Virus record (IMG/VR): IMGVR_UViG_3300031993_000004
Coordinates: 64,001 to 128,000 of that record
From: a virus
Lineage: Duplodnaviria > Caudoviricetes
DNA length: 64,000 nucleotides
Strand: one strand, 5' to 3'
The notes below the pieces were generated by a model. It was not told the DNA's origin. It did no database searches and worked only from the letters and a program-made list of their open reading frames with translations. Positions 1-10,285 of this stretch are shown here, one piece after another; the first letter of the stretch is position 1, and each line of letters opens with the position of its first letter. A program made the position numbers and the translations under genes.

Positions 1-904
1 ATGGGATATCCAGTTTCGGATCCCATGGGAGTACTTTTGACATATCATTGACATCAGCCAACAGTGTTGAATTGAATGTCCGATTGTCCAGCCGTACCAT
101 ATATGAATTCATCATATTTGCATTGCGGAAATATGAATGAGAAGAATCAAGTGTTCCGAGCTCTTGGAAGATTCCAGCTTGTGGATCCATCAGGTACGCA
201 TAATCCTGGATATTCACAACCAGAAATTCATGACCACCTTCAGAATCCTTCCAATTCACATGAACATACCATCTGGAATCAACCGCACCACGTACAGTAT
301 CAATCAGATTTCTCTGTGATGTAAACTTTTGCCGAACCGGATTCTTGACGACTGTTTCACCTATGATCTCCAAAGCGGGATCGCGCGGTGAATAGATTGG
401 ACGCGGAAGTACATGCATTCCGCGGCATTGTGCTTCAGCGCACCATACACAAAGTTGGCAGTTCTGATTGCCTGTTGGTGGTTTGGAATCTGCCTCCACC
501 TTTGTTTTGATTTGGTTGACAATGGTTCTGGCGCGATCAATCGTCAATGCCTCGACTTCTTTCATACCATGCAGACGCGCGAACAGCTCGTCTTTTCCTT
601 CGAGATACGGCGCCATCAGATGTGGCGCAACATTACCTCGACTGGTTCCGTCTGACATTGGTGGTACCTGTTCAGCAATCTTCTTGACTGCATCCATACC
701 AGATGTATCAACACCTTCTTCGTTCGCACGTCGAAGGATCTTGTTTGCAAGTGTTTTCTTTTCAGATGTTGTGATATCACCATGGTTGATCAGTCGTGCT
801 GCAGATTCGATATGCTCTGGATTATCCAACGGATATTTACGTTTTCCGGGAACACCAAACTCATTTTTTGGAATATTTTGGCGTTCTTTTGATGAGATTG
901 ACAT
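1..904 (-). CDS. DUF6582-like N-terminal domain fused to papain-fold (Tox-PL-like) Cys deamidase/protease domain; runs off window edge
   Basis: Not in the ORF track (no stop in window). Manual translation from ATG at 904 after AAAGGAG: MSISSKERQNIPKNEFGVPGKRKYPLDNPEHIESAARL...GNQNCQLCVWCAEAQCRG...VNWKDSEGGHEFLVVN...YLMDPQAG; Cys/His/Asp-x-Gln arrangement. Confidence 0.65.
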   Translation of the reverse strand, partial: MSISSKERQNIPKNEFGVPGKRKYPLDNPEHIESAARLINHGDITTSEKKTLANKILRRANEEGVDTSGMDAVKKIAEQVPPMSDGTSRGNVAPHLMAPYLEGKDELFARLHGMKEVEALTIDRARTIVNQIKTKVEADSKPPTGNQNCQLCVWCAEAQCRGMHVLPRPIYSPRDPALEIIGETVVKNPVRQKFTSQRNLIDTVRGAVDSRWYVHVNWKDSEGGHEFLVVNIQDYAYLMDPQAGIFQELGTLDSSHSYFRNANMMNSYMVRLDNRTFNSTLLADVNDMSKVLPWDPKLDIP

Positions 905-917
905 GATAACACTCCTT

Positions 918-2108
918 TCATCTTTTTGTTGTAGCCAATATTTGTTCATTGAATCGTATCAATCCTTCTGCCAAAGCATTTGCTTCGGTTTTCAGAATCA
1001 TGTATCCATCAACAAGAGCTGACATTGAATATGCAAATTGCGCCGATAATGATCTAAGATTTTCAACAATGTTTGTTTCTTCATCTGTCAATTGTCTTTT
1101 CTTAACCGTCTGAATTCGATCATGTACATCGTAATTGATCAAACCTTTATATGCATAATCCCCGCCGCCGACTCCAGTATTATAGTCGGCATCATCTTTT
1201 GCAGGAGATAGTTGAATAAGGGCTTCGAGTTTGTCACAAAATGAATCTGCACGCTTTACAACATCATCATATTCTTTTGATATCTCATTATAACGCTCAG
1301 AAAACTCCTCAATATCAATGGGATTTCTGATTGACATTCGATTTGAAGAACCTTTACGGAGAGCATCTGCTCGTTCACCATGATGCCAATATCCATAATA
1401 TCCGTTTGTAAAATGATATCCCTCCATGTCGGGTGGACGTTTGCCATTCCATATCCCAGATTTATCAGGAATTCCTGGAATTGGTGCACCATCATTGACA
1501 CCGGATTCAATCGATCTGTCAAAATGCTTTGCAATTTTATCGAATGCTGTAGATTCATCATCGACCATCCACAACCATCGATCCAGTAAACGATTCATGA
1601 CATCAATGTAGTTTTCGATAGAATAAACAGCATCATGGCTATTTGTTGGCGTTGCTGTACGTCCTTCTTTTAATAAGACTGCCGAGTATATTATACTCTT
1701 CTCGAAGTCAATCTCAATGGCGATTTGCTCTCCATGGAAGGTTCCTGTCTGCTTCATATGACGTTTACCCGGAGGAATTGCGGGAATATTATTCTTCTTA
1801 CGGCGATACGCTTCGACAGCTTTCTGAAGTTTCCTTGCAACAAAATTATGTCTCAACAACGATCGGACACCTCTTACGAATTTCCTGATCAGGTCTTTTA
1901 TTACACGCAAAATCTTTGTCAGAATGCTTTCTTTGCTTGTTTCAGTTTTGGATTCCATGAATATATCATGTATTTCCGTTGAATCATCACAGAATTCCAG
2001 CATAGTTGCATACTTTGAATAGCTATCTATCAGGGATAACATCACATCGGTAGATGCATACAATGAGTTCACATCTATATTATCAATCTGGTCAAGCAAT
2101 GTGTTCAT
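918..2108 (-). CDS. putative virion head (internal) protein, paralog family
   Basis: 396 aa; N-terminal segment ending IFMES resembles the N-termini of 3096-4127, 4143-5144 and 7621-8766. Confidence 0.55.
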   Translation of the reverse strand: MNTLLDQIDNIDVNSLYASTDVMLSLIDSYSKYATMLEFCDDSTEIHDIFMESKTETSKESILTKILRVIKDLIRKFVRGVRSLLRHNFVARKLQKAVEAYRRKKNNIPAIPPGKRHMKQTGTFHGEQIAIEIDFEKSIIYSAVLLKEGRTATPTNSHDAVYSIENYIDVMNRLLDRWLWMVDDESTAFDKIAKHFDRSIESGVNDGAPIPGIPDKSGIWNGKRPPDMEGYHFTNGYYGYWHHGERADALRKGSSNRMSIRNPIDIEEFSERYNEISKEYDDVVKRADSFCDKLEALIQLSPAKDDADYNTGVGGGDYAYKGLINYDVHDRIQTVKKRQLTDEETNIVENLRSLSAQFAYSMSALVDGYMILKTEANALAEGLIRFNEQILATTKR

Positions 2109-2175
2109 TGTGACAGCTCCTTTCAGATTTAAGGTTACAGAAACGTTTTAACGATGTGCTACTAATCTCATGCTC

Positions 2176-2190
2176 TATATATATATTATT
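2176..2190 (+). promoter_or_regulatory. putative phage early promoter motif TATATAT(T/C)ATT
   Basis: Motif recurs upstream of many transcription units in this window. Confidence 0.55.
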
Positions 2191-2304
2191 ATGCTGAATA
2201 ACGAGGAAACTGTTCAATTGTATACTCGATTATTCGAAAAAACAATATTGAGTTTGCGCCACAAAGATCTGGTGCTGCTACGTAAGAAAGTGAGGATATC
2301 TATC

Positions 2305-2634
2305 ATGAGGAGAACATTCAAAGTTTGCGGTCATACCACCGCACCGGTGACGATCGAAATACCTGGATCGACAGTCCAATGCAAGCTCTCGAAAGAGCTT
2401 ACAAAGTTAGAAGTCAAGGACGTTCTGTGCGGAGCATTCATCGGCAATTTCTGCGGGAAAAACAGAGCACTTCAGAAATCAATTGTTTCCAGAACATCGT
2501 TCGGGACTCTGTCTATTAAGAACGGCAAATTCTCAATTGTTATCAGTTCCGATAATGTATCAACATCGTTCTGGGAGGAAATCCTGGACGATGTCGCTGA
2601 CGGTAAATTCACGTTTACCGTCAGCGCTGCGTAA
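2305..2634 (+). CDS. hypothetical protein
   Basis: Start moved to ATG 2305 after AGAAAGTGAGG RBS. Confidence 0.6.
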   Translation: MRRTFKVCGHTTAPVTIEIPGSTVQCKLSKELTKLEVKDVLCGAFIGNFCGKNRALQKSIVSRTSFGTLSIKNGKFSIVISSDNVSTSFWEEILDDVADGKFTFTVSAA

Positions 2635-2642
2635 GGAAGGGG

Positions 2643-3044
2643 GTGTTGAAAATGGGATCCGGCGGGATTCGTGGGACATTCGTCCCAACTAGCGAATATG
2701 AAAATGCGGCGTACACGATCTCTTTATTGTTCTTCGGAACAGATTCGATCGTAATTGAAACCGCTAAAAAGGTCTTCCATGCGACCGATCTTCATATGTA
2801 TGTGACCGGAGGTGACTGGCGAAAAGCTAGTCGCAAATTGCTCGCAAGTTATTGTGAGCTGTTAGATCCGGGCGTGTTTATAAGATCATTGTGTATCGCA
2901 GATCTACCGATGTACAGTGATCTTGTTTCGCCATGTGTTATGGATGAAATCTGTGGTGCATTGGCGAGGAATCGCCCACACCGTGCACTGGGATACGCAT
3001 TCGCCGAAATCGGTGAACCGTATCCGTATGAGGATATTGAATGA
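2643..3044 (+). CDS. hypothetical protein
   Basis: 133 aa ORF after AAGGAAGGGGG, ends at terminator. Confidence 0.55.
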   Translation: MLKMGSGGIRGTFVPTSEYENAAYTISLLFFGTDSIVIETAKKVFHATDLHMYVTGGDWRKASRKLLASYCELLDPGVFIRSLCIADLPMYSDLVSPCVMDEICGALARNRPHRALGYAFAEIGEPYPYEDIE

Positions 3045-3047
3045 GAT

Positions 3048-3082
3048 TATGGGGGCGCATTGCGCCCCCATATCTTTTTTTC
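3048..3082. terminator. bidirectional intrinsic terminator
   Basis: TATGGGGGCGCA-T-TGCGCCCCCATA hairpin plus T-run between convergent genes. Confidence 0.8.
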
Positions 3083-3095
3083 TTATGATTCGAAA

Positions 3096-4127
3096 TCAGA
3101 CATTGTTATTCCATTTAGCTTGGGAATAATCAGGTTCATCATACATGCCATCCCAGAAAACATCGTCGTCATCCTCAGGATCAACGTTGCGTTTTGTTGG
3201 GGCCTTCTTGGCATCTTTTGAAAGTGACTTCAACCGTCTGACAAGCTCACTGCCCTTTGTTGACCATTGACCCATGATTCTGTAGAACTCGGTTACACGT
3301 TGAGTATCATACTTGTCAAGAGTCGCATCGGCATCAGGGTCTGCATCATATTTCTGAATTGCTTTCATTCCAGTCTGAATTGTCTTCTGACACTTCTTGA
3401 TCATGGTGATAAGCAGTTTTGCTTCCGCCCTGTTAACATCATTACTTGTGTACGCGTTGGTATCCCAATCGTTGATAGAAGTCTTAATCTCGGATACAAG
3501 TGCAGTTTGCTCTTTCATACACCATGCGACAGAGGATGCAACACTATGCTTCTGATCTTCTGGAGTTCTGTCAGTAAACATGAATCTCGATTGTGTCATA
3601 CCACAGATATCTTCGATCAAATCTGCGATATTAGCGACGGTATCGAAAACAAAATCGGCATTGAATGGAAGTTCAATGATTTCATTACGATCTTTCTCGC
3701 GCTGTTTTTCATCAATATTGTTTTGCAGATTCCGAAATGCCATGACAATGTAATCGCCAATCAATTTGACAACTCGCAAGGCAATCCGCAGGCCTGTGGC
3801 AATCAAACGCGGAATGAACAGAAGAATCTTCTTGACCAGACTTTCTCTGTTGAGGTCTGCATTTCCCAGTGGAGACTGGTTGACGGCATTAAAGGCTTTG
3901 TCAAACTTAGTATCCGGTCCTTTGATCTTGATAGAACCATCGGGCCGTTTTACACCTTCCTGGAAAATCGAAAACTCGGAGAGGTCTGCATTCGAATCGC
4001 AGTTCTCAAGAACTGCATACATCTTGGCATAGGATTCTGTCAGAGCCATGACAGTGTCAAGTTCGGCGTCTTCCACAGACCGGTTGATATTCTCAACCGA
4101 TTCGAGGATCACATTTGTAGATTCCAT
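3096..4127 (-). CDS. putative virion head protein, paralog family
   Basis: 343 aa; N-terminus MESTNVILESVENIN...EFSIFQEG closely matches 4143-5144. Confidence 0.6.
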   Translation of the reverse strand: MESTNVILESVENINRSVEDAELDTVMALTESYAKMYAVLENCDSNADLSEFSIFQEGVKRPDGSIKIKGPDTKFDKAFNAVNQSPLGNADLNRESLVKKILLFIPRLIATGLRIALRVVKLIGDYIVMAFRNLQNNIDEKQREKDRNEIIELPFNADFVFDTVANIADLIEDICGMTQSRFMFTDRTPEDQKHSVASSVAWCMKEQTALVSEIKTSINDWDTNAYTSNDVNRAEAKLLITMIKKCQKTIQTGMKAIQKYDADPDADATLDKYDTQRVTEFYRIMGQWSTKGSELVRRLKSLSKDAKKAPTKRNVDPEDDDDVFWDGMYDEPDYSQAKWNNNV

Positions 4128-4142
4128 TTTGCGAACCTCCTC

Positions 4143-5144
4143 TCATGTCTCGAGATCAGATTCATCAGCAGGAGTCAGTTCTTCTGGTTCGATGTCCTTG
4201 ATTTTGGAATTAGCGGTTTTCGCTTCTTGTTCAAGCGCTTTCAAACGCTTAGCAAGTTCAGAACCCTTTTCAGCCCATGTTGTCATGACTTTTCTGAATC
4301 TTTCTGTTTCTCGTTCAAGGTCTTTATCATCTTCACTATCAGTATCCGCCTTATAATTACCAGAAGCAAACTTGTTGATCATTTTGGTATATTTGTTCAA
4401 CTTCTTCTGTGCGGATTTTATTTCCTTCAGTGTGTTCTTTGCGTCATATCTGGTCATCTCAGTTGGTTCGTACGCCCTATCATCAAAGACTTCCAGATTC
4501 TTTTCAATGTTTGTAATGAGTGCAGGGTCGCGGTAAAATGCATAGTGAATGGCCAGTGCGAGATTATATTCATTATCTTTTTCCCATCCGAAGACCTCTT
4601 TGTCATCATAAGTCATTGCAGTGGCATTATAAACATCACGGTCACATATGTATTTAAGAAGCTCGGTCAGTTCCATAACTGTTGTAAAAACGAACTCCAA
4701 ATTGAAATTGAGTTCGATCATGTCTTCCTTGTCACGCGCATCACGTTTTGCATTGATCGCATGAATTGCAAGAGCTCCTCCCACAGCAATGAGGCTTCCG
4801 ACAAATGACAAGAGAAGTGTTATAATCCCTAACGCAAGCTTGATAACAAATGTGATCAGACGCGGCAGGAACATCAGAATTCTCTTTGCAAGACTTTCTG
4901 ATTTATAACCAATTGGGTCCGAGTTAAGTTCTCGATCGATCTTGCTCCGAGGTTTGTATGTTTTGATAGAAGCTTCCTGGAAAATGTCGAACTCAGAAAT
5001 GTCCGTGTTTGCATCGCAATGTTCGAGAATCGAATACATTTTTGCATATGCATTAGAAAGTGCCAGAATCGTTTCCAGTTCAGCATTCGCGGCAGACTGA
5101 TTCAGATTCTCAACGGATTCAAGAATAACATTCATAGTATCCAT
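4143..5144 (-). CDS. putative virion head protein, paralog family
   Basis: 333 aa; tandem paralog of 3096-4127 (MDTMNVILESVENLN...EFDIFQEA; RILMFLPRLI). Confidence 0.6.
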   Translation of the reverse strand: MDTMNVILESVENLNQSAANAELETILALSNAYAKMYSILEHCDANTDISEFDIFQEASIKTYKPRSKIDRELNSDPIGYKSESLAKRILMFLPRLITFVIKLALGIITLLLSFVGSLIAVGGALAIHAINAKRDARDKEDMIELNFNLEFVFTTVMELTELLKYICDRDVYNATAMTYDDKEVFGWEKDNEYNLALAIHYAFYRDPALITNIEKNLEVFDDRAYEPTEMTRYDAKNTLKEIKSAQKKLNKYTKMINKFASGNYKADTDSEDDKDLERETERFRKVMTTWAEKGSELAKRLKALEQEAKTANSKIKDIEPEELTPADESDLET

Positions 5145-5175
5145 AGAGATATTCTCCTTTCATAAAGAATAAATA

Positions 5176-5205
5176 AAATATGGGGGCCCATGGGCCCCCA
5201 TATTT
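5176..5205 (-). terminator. intrinsic terminator-like hairpin
   Basis: AAATATGGGGGCCCATGGGCCCCCATATTT perfect palindrome with A-run on the left. Confidence 0.65.
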
Positions 5206-5219
5206 CATCGTAGATAGAC

Positions 5220-5483
5220 TCACTGATCGGGGTCCATGAAGCGACCCGGCTTCGGAGAAGTTGCCGGTTCAGGCTGCTTGTAACCGATTGCGAGGTCAGA
5301 CTCCTCGATCTCAGGATCGAACTGACCGCTCTTCAGTCTGTTGTTACCAGTCACGATGTTCGCCGGATCGAAGCCGTTGAACTTCTGCTGGAAGAGATCA
5401 GAATAGCTGGAAGAAGAGGCATTGTAGCTTTCCTGCACCATGCTGCCCTGATCCATCGGATCGAACTCGAAATCATTTCTCAT
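5220..5483 (-). CDS. small acidic protein, possibly virion
   Basis: 87 aa, AAAGGAG RBS, contains VQES motif. Confidence 0.6.
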   Translation of the reverse strand: MRNDFEFDPMDQGSMVQESYNASSSSYSDLFQQKFNGFDPANIVTGNNRLKSGQFDPEIEESDLAIGYKQPEPATSPKPGRFMDPDQ

Positions 5484-5498
5484 GATAAGGTGCTCCTT

Positions 5499-6869
5499 TC
5501 AGAATTTTTCATTCTCACCATACATCTCAATCAGAAGTTTGTTGATGTACAACTGATTGATGGTGATTAATAATCGGTAGGTGTTCGCATAATTAACATT
5601 CTGAATGATCAGCATACGACGTTCCCAGTCGACGCAATAACCATCCAAGATCAGTGACCGATTTTCCCGGAGATGTACATTGATGAACAATTCCGGGTTC
5701 AAATGATTCTTCAAATGATAGTCGATCAGGTTGTTAATCGTCTTGCCAAGACCATTGCCGATGAATACCTCTTTCTCACCCCAGTCCAATTTCACAATCG
5801 GACGGGAATGGATCTTCCATCCGTATAACAATGGGAAATCTTTCTCATTGAACACATCAGAGAAGATCGGAATAGAGATAGAAGATTGCGGTGGTTCATA
5901 TGCCCGGAATGGACCGGGATTTGGAACAGACAGATCAAACAAACCGATTGTGTTGAATTCGCAACGGATCGTGAATGTGATCGGACAATCACTCTCGGTT
6001 TGTCCTGTCTTGTTGACCTGGTTGTATGACAGATCATGAATGCTGCACAGCAACGAGGTCATATAATATGAATAGAACGCATCCTTGTGGCGTCCAGATG
6101 AGAATCTGTACGAAACGGGATACACGCTATTCATATTGAGATAGTCAACAAATTGCGAAACATTTCCATCTTCATCTTTCACAGGGATTCCCGCATAACG
6201 CGAGGTCTCGTTCAAGAATCCATCTGGTAATGCCAATTCCAATGCGGTGTCAACGTCGAAGAATCCACCATCAGTCGGTATCTTGTTTATCAAATACGAA
6301 GCCCAACGGATTTGTTCCGTTATGCTACGGAATGACAGTACGAAATCAAAATACATGACAACGCGATTGATCTTCCCTCGCCACTCGATTCCCTTCCGTT
6401 TGTCAAAGAATAACTTTTCCATCTCGGAGCGATTCTGAAATCGGTTGGAAGTTGTGGACCAAAGCGTTGTTGCATATGATCCCGCAGCCAACCGATTATC
6501 CAAACCAGACAACGAGATCCGAGGATTGACGATACACATCGGGTATGGCTGTGTTCGAATTTGTTTCGGTGTATGACGAAGTTGACGGTGTGCGATCCGA
6601 GTGGAAGGCAACGCCGTCTCGAAGGTTTTTGATGGAAACATATCCAATACGAACTGCAGCATGATTGCCGTCACGTTTCCAATCGTATGCGCCATGTCCG
6701 TGCCTGATTGACAAGCTAACGAAAGCTCGTAACCGTGTGGCATGTATTCCGGCGACAAACTGTTCAATTGGTACGTACGTCCTGGATTCGATATGTTCCG
6801 ATCGGTGATGCCCTCATTGACTACATTCTGATTATCGCGATTCGGATGCATTTCATCATAATGAATCAT
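5499..6869 (-). CDS. conserved jumbo-phage structural protein (putative)
   Basis: 456 aa in the late minus-strand cluster, overlaps the baseplate gene stop. Confidence 0.5.
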   Translation of the reverse strand: MIHYDEMHPNRDNQNVVNEGITDRNISNPGRTYQLNSLSPEYMPHGYELSLACQSGTDMAHTIGNVTAIMLQFVLDMFPSKTFETALPSTRIAHRQLRHTPKQIRTQPYPMCIVNPRISLSGLDNRLAAGSYATTLWSTTSNRFQNRSEMEKLFFDKRKGIEWRGKINRVVMYFDFVLSFRSITEQIRWASYLINKIPTDGGFFDVDTALELALPDGFLNETSRYAGIPVKDEDGNVSQFVDYLNMNSVYPVSYRFSSGRHKDAFYSYYMTSLLCSIHDLSYNQVNKTGQTESDCPITFTIRCEFNTIGLFDLSVPNPGPFRAYEPPQSSISIPIFSDVFNEKDFPLLYGWKIHSRPIVKLDWGEKEVFIGNGLGKTINNLIDYHLKNHLNPELFINVHLRENRSLILDGYCVDWERRMLIIQNVNYANTYRLLITINQLYINKLLIEMYGENEKF

Positions 6870-7294
6870 GTCATATTCCTCGCAATCAGTACTGATAACA
6901 CCTCGGTGAATTTCGCGACGTTATAGTACTTGATGAACTCGAAGTTGAACTTCGTAATGGACGGACAACGATTCAGAATCATCAATGGACGCCACATGTT
7001 TGTGGTGCCATAACGTTCGTATGCGCATAGTTTAGGATTCTGGTTGTACCGTACATCGAACTTCTCCGTCGTGTACATGTTGGGATATGACTCCAACAAA
7101 CGGAAGAAATCCAATGGTAGATATGATACAACAGCATCCCAAATCTTTGCGTCAAGTTCGTCGTCGATCCGAAGATCTTCTTCTTGTATCAACCTCACAG
7201 AGTTGGCGATGTTGTCCAACGTGAATAGATCAGACCTGATGTTTGCAATCAATGAGGGACTGAACGTTTTTTCATCAGAGGTCATCGTATTCAC
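6866..7294 (-). CDS. baseplate wedge protein, T4 gp53/LysM-like
   Basis: YNQNPKLCAYERYGTTNMWRPLMILN matches the gp53/LysM-type P..la...YG....W..l...N pattern. Confidence 0.6.
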   Translation of the reverse strand: MNTMTSDEKTFSPSLIANIRSDLFTLDNIANSVRLIQEEDLRIDDELDAKIWDAVVSYLPLDFFRLLESYPNMYTTEKFDVRYNQNPKLCAYERYGTTNMWRPLMILNRCPSITKFNFEFIKYYNVAKFTEVLSVLIARNMT

Positions 7295-7308
7295 ATCCTC
7301 TCATGAAG

Positions 7309-7593
7309 TTATTGCACGCGGACATACATGTTGAAGACATCGTTATCGTCACACACAAGCGTTGCTTGCATATTTGCATCTTGATTCTCAATACATCTAG
7401 ATTCGGTTAGAATCCGGATCGGAGCAGAGAATGACTCTGTCGTGGTAATAGAACCAGTTTGAAAATTAGCGGATGCAAATACAGGTGAAACGATTTCGAC
7501 GATGTCTCCATCCTCAATATGTCCGCGTGACTTGATAATGCAGGTGGAAGTATGAGGAACTTTGAAAGACATTTGCCGGTTTTGCAGCAGCAT
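7309..7593 (-). CDS. hypothetical protein
   Basis: 94 aa ORF within minus-strand operon. Confidence 0.5.
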   Translation of the reverse strand: MLLQNRQMSFKVPHTSTCIIKSRGHIEDGDIVEIVSPVFASANFQTGSITTTESFSAPIRILTESRCIENQDANMQATLVCDDNDVFNMYVRVQ

Positions 7594-7620
7594 AGTAAAT
7601 CAACGTCCCTTCATAGAAGA

Positions 7621-8766
7621 TTACTCTTCAGCTGCAGCAGCCTCTTCACCAGTATCAGCCACATCACCAGTACCGGTTGCGACATGACCCAGAGCAGCAA
7701 CAGCATCGGAGAAGGTCTTGACGACCATGTCAGAAGAACGCTCGATGGAACCTGCCCATTCCTTTGCGTTTGCATTGATCTTGTCGAAGTTCTTGGAGAT
7801 CTTCTTTGCCGCGCGATCTTCGGAAGCTGCATGACGACGAGACTCGGAATCACACAGAGCGCGGATATTCTGCTCAGCGCCACTCTTCTTGGTAGCGGTT
7901 GCAGACTTGACGATGCCGTCGGAGATCTGACGAGCAACGTACGTGTAGGTGATCAGCCATGCGATGTCATCAGCATCTGCAGACTTCGTAGTGGTGATCT
8001 TGCCCAGCGGCTTCACGTTGGTACCCTTCTGCAGTGCCTTATACAGTGCAGCTGCATCCGGAACGCCGCCCTTGGAGAAACCGGTCTTCGGATCGTTGAC
8101 CGCAGTCGGGTCTCCGCCGACGAATCTGGAACCCCAGGCCTTCATTGTCTTGACGAAGTTCTTGTCGAGAGACAGGACTTCCTGAACGGTAGGATCTTCG
8201 ATACAGTCACCGATGCTCAGTCCGAAGACTGCAGCCAGGTGTGCCATCGCGTTACCGTAGTTGAAAATCAGATTCTCAGCACCGGACTCAGTCGGGAACG
8301 GAACGGAGAACTTGATCTTGTTGCCGACCTTTCTGTTAGCAGCGAACTCGCGAACGAGTGCCTTGCCGAGAGGTCTTGCAAAGGAGATCATAAAGTTACC
8401 GGAGTTGGCAGCAGAAGTGGAAATACCATACTTCTTGCCAAGGCCGATAATTGCCTTCATATCGCGGTCTGCAGCAGCCTTAACTTTTCTTGCATTCTCG
8501 ACGAGAACGTCGTAAATGCCGATCAGCTCCTGAGCAACAGCTTCAGATGCCAGGCCAGGTGCTTCAGCCGGATCAGTCGGAAGACCGGAAGCTTCAGCAG
8601 CCTCAGCCGCTTCCTGGATAACAGAATTTTCAGCGTCTGCGAGCAGAGATGCATATTCATACATCATCGACGCAACATCAACACGACCGGCGGCAAACTT
8701 TGCATTGACATTATGCATGCTTGCATCGCCAGTGTCGAGATCGAGGAGAATTTGTGAAAATCTCAT
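7621..8766 (-). CDS. abundant virion head protein (putative)
   Basis: 381 aa, Ala/Lys-rich, biased codon use, N-terminal segment ending VIQEA. Confidence 0.55.
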   Translation of the reverse strand: MRFSQILLDLDTGDASMHNVNAKFAAGRVDVASMMYEYASLLADAENSVIQEAAEAAEASGLPTDPAEAPGLASEAVAQELIGIYDVLVENARKVKAAADRDMKAIIGLGKKYGISTSAANSGNFMISFARPLGKALVREFAANRKVGNKIKFSVPFPTESGAENLIFNYGNAMAHLAAVFGLSIGDCIEDPTVQEVLSLDKNFVKTMKAWGSRFVGGDPTAVNDPKTGFSKGGVPDAAALYKALQKGTNVKPLGKITTTKSADADDIAWLITYTYVARQISDGIVKSATATKKSGAEQNIRALCDSESRRHAASEDRAAKKISKNFDKINANAKEWAGSIERSSDMVVKTFSDAVAALGHVATGTGDVADTGEEAAAAEE

Positions 8767-8861
8767 ATTATCTGATTCCTTTCTATTTGATTATATCTAC
8801 AATAGAATCTACGATAAGAGCCCCCTGATACCGCAGTTTCCATGTAAATTACAATTTGGTG

Positions 8862-9200
8862 TTAGCCGGAAAGATTATCTCTCATTTCCAGCTTATAGCG
8901 GTCGATCAATTGGTTCGCTTGATCTTTATACTTGTTGATGACATCGCATCTACACTTGCGGTGAGACATGCCGGCACGTACCAGTGCGGCATAATCAGGA
9001 TCATCATTACGCTTTGCCAGCATCAGTGCAACAGTTGATGTCGCAACATTGTTGATGGAGTCCTCGGTGAGATTGATTGTGTTCTTCACATCGAGTCCAT
9101 TACTCTTTGCCAGATTCTGCAGTTGCTGATTCTGTGTGAGATGTGTCATGATCTTTCCGACAACCTGCAGCATTGCGTCGTCAGTATAAACTTCACTCAT
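8862..9200 (-). CDS. small conserved jumbo-phage protein
   Basis: 112 aa, AAAGGAG RBS; ALMLAKRNDDPDY..L helical motif. Confidence 0.55.
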   Translation of the reverse strand: MSEVYTDDAMLQVVGKIMTHLTQNQQLQNLAKSNGLDVKNTINLTEDSINNVATSTVALMLAKRNDDPDYAALVRAGMSHRKCRCDVINKYKDQANQLIDRYKLEMRDNLSG

Positions 9201-9323
9201 TTTGATCGTCTCCTTTCATTCAAAAATATATCCAAGACTGAGCCGGATATTACCATAACGTGGCACTATATATAGTACGAATCAAAAAAAAAAGACAGAG
9301 ATACTATTATAATATCTCCGTCT

Positions 9324-9587
9324 TTAAAATGGTACCTCACATGGCAGTGGATTCTCGTAATGGATAATTTCTTTGCTGTTCATAATGACCATGTCATAGT
9401 TGCCAGACAACAATTGAGCTGCATAATATTCCATCTCACGCAATGCGGCTTCTTGTCTGTCATCATTGACGGCGATATGTTTTCTGTATGCCTTCAATAA
9501 TGCATCAAGTTGTTTGGCATAATATTCTATCTCAGATGAATATATGACCGGCAATTTGTCAGCATTTTTATTTACCATGATATCCAT
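9324..9587 (-). CDS. hypothetical protein
   Basis: 87 aa, AAAGGAG RBS. Confidence 0.6.
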   Translation of the reverse strand: MDIMVNKNADKLPVIYSSEIEYYAKQLDALLKAYRKHIAVNDDRQEAALREMEYYAAQLLSGNYDMVIMNSKEIIHYENPLPCEVPF

Positions 9588-9679
9588 TGTATAACTCTCC
9601 TTTCTAGGGTGAACAAATTTTCTAATATGCCATCGGTATATTTCAAATTGAATATATATCTACGGAAAGGAAGAAAAAT

Positions 9680-10195
9680 ATGTTTGACATGGAAAACCAT
9701 GAACTGATCGCAAAGTTCATAAATGAAAGAAAACCAGAGTCGTACGTTGCCCCGTTATACATCAAAATGTATAATGAACGATACGACCTTTGCGAAATCA
9801 CACAGATTGACAATTTCACACCTTCTGGTTGTAAGATTGGATTCGGTGCGCACTTCTCGCTGATCGACAAATATTCATTCCCGGATAATATGCTGCGCGC
9901 ATTCGAACCGGTTGAAGCATTCACAACATTTGACGAAGAACGGAATCTGAGTGATCGTTATATCATTATCGAAACAGGTATCGTTGATTTGTCAATTGAT
10001 TCTGAAACCGGTACATTTGCAGACAAACAATCCGACGGTACTGTGGTGGAAATTACGCAACGGGTTGTTTACAATAAAGCTGTATTGGAGCAAATGGAAT
10101 ATTACCAGAATATGTTGCTTGATTTCCTATCCAAACAGCAAGAAGAAATCCGTAAGAAACGTTTGGCTGCAGCAATGTCTGAATATGCCTCTTGA
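9680..10195 (+). CDS. hypothetical protein
   Basis: 171 aa, GAAAGGAAG RBS, TATATAT motif upstream. Confidence 0.7.
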   Translation: MFDMENHELIAKFINERKPESYVAPLYIKMYNERYDLCEITQIDNFTPSGCKIGFGAHFSLIDKYSFPDNMLRAFEPVEAFTTFDEERNLSDRYIIIETGIVDLSIDSETGTFADKQSDGTVVEITQRVVYNKAVLEQMEYYQNMLLDFLSKQQEEIRKKRLAAAMSEYAS

Positions 10196-10285
10196 TCATT
10201 TTTTATTTTCATGAATATATATACTTGCATTGACGGAGTCAGGTGCCAGTGTAAGATTAAATAGAAAATTGAAAGAGGTGATTAC

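Noticed and set aside
3267-4808. 513-aa plus-strand ORF
   Set aside because: Antisense shadow spanning two RBS-bearing paralogous genes
7552-8757. 401-aa plus-strand ORF
   Set aside because: Antisense shadow of the codon-biased gene 7621-8766
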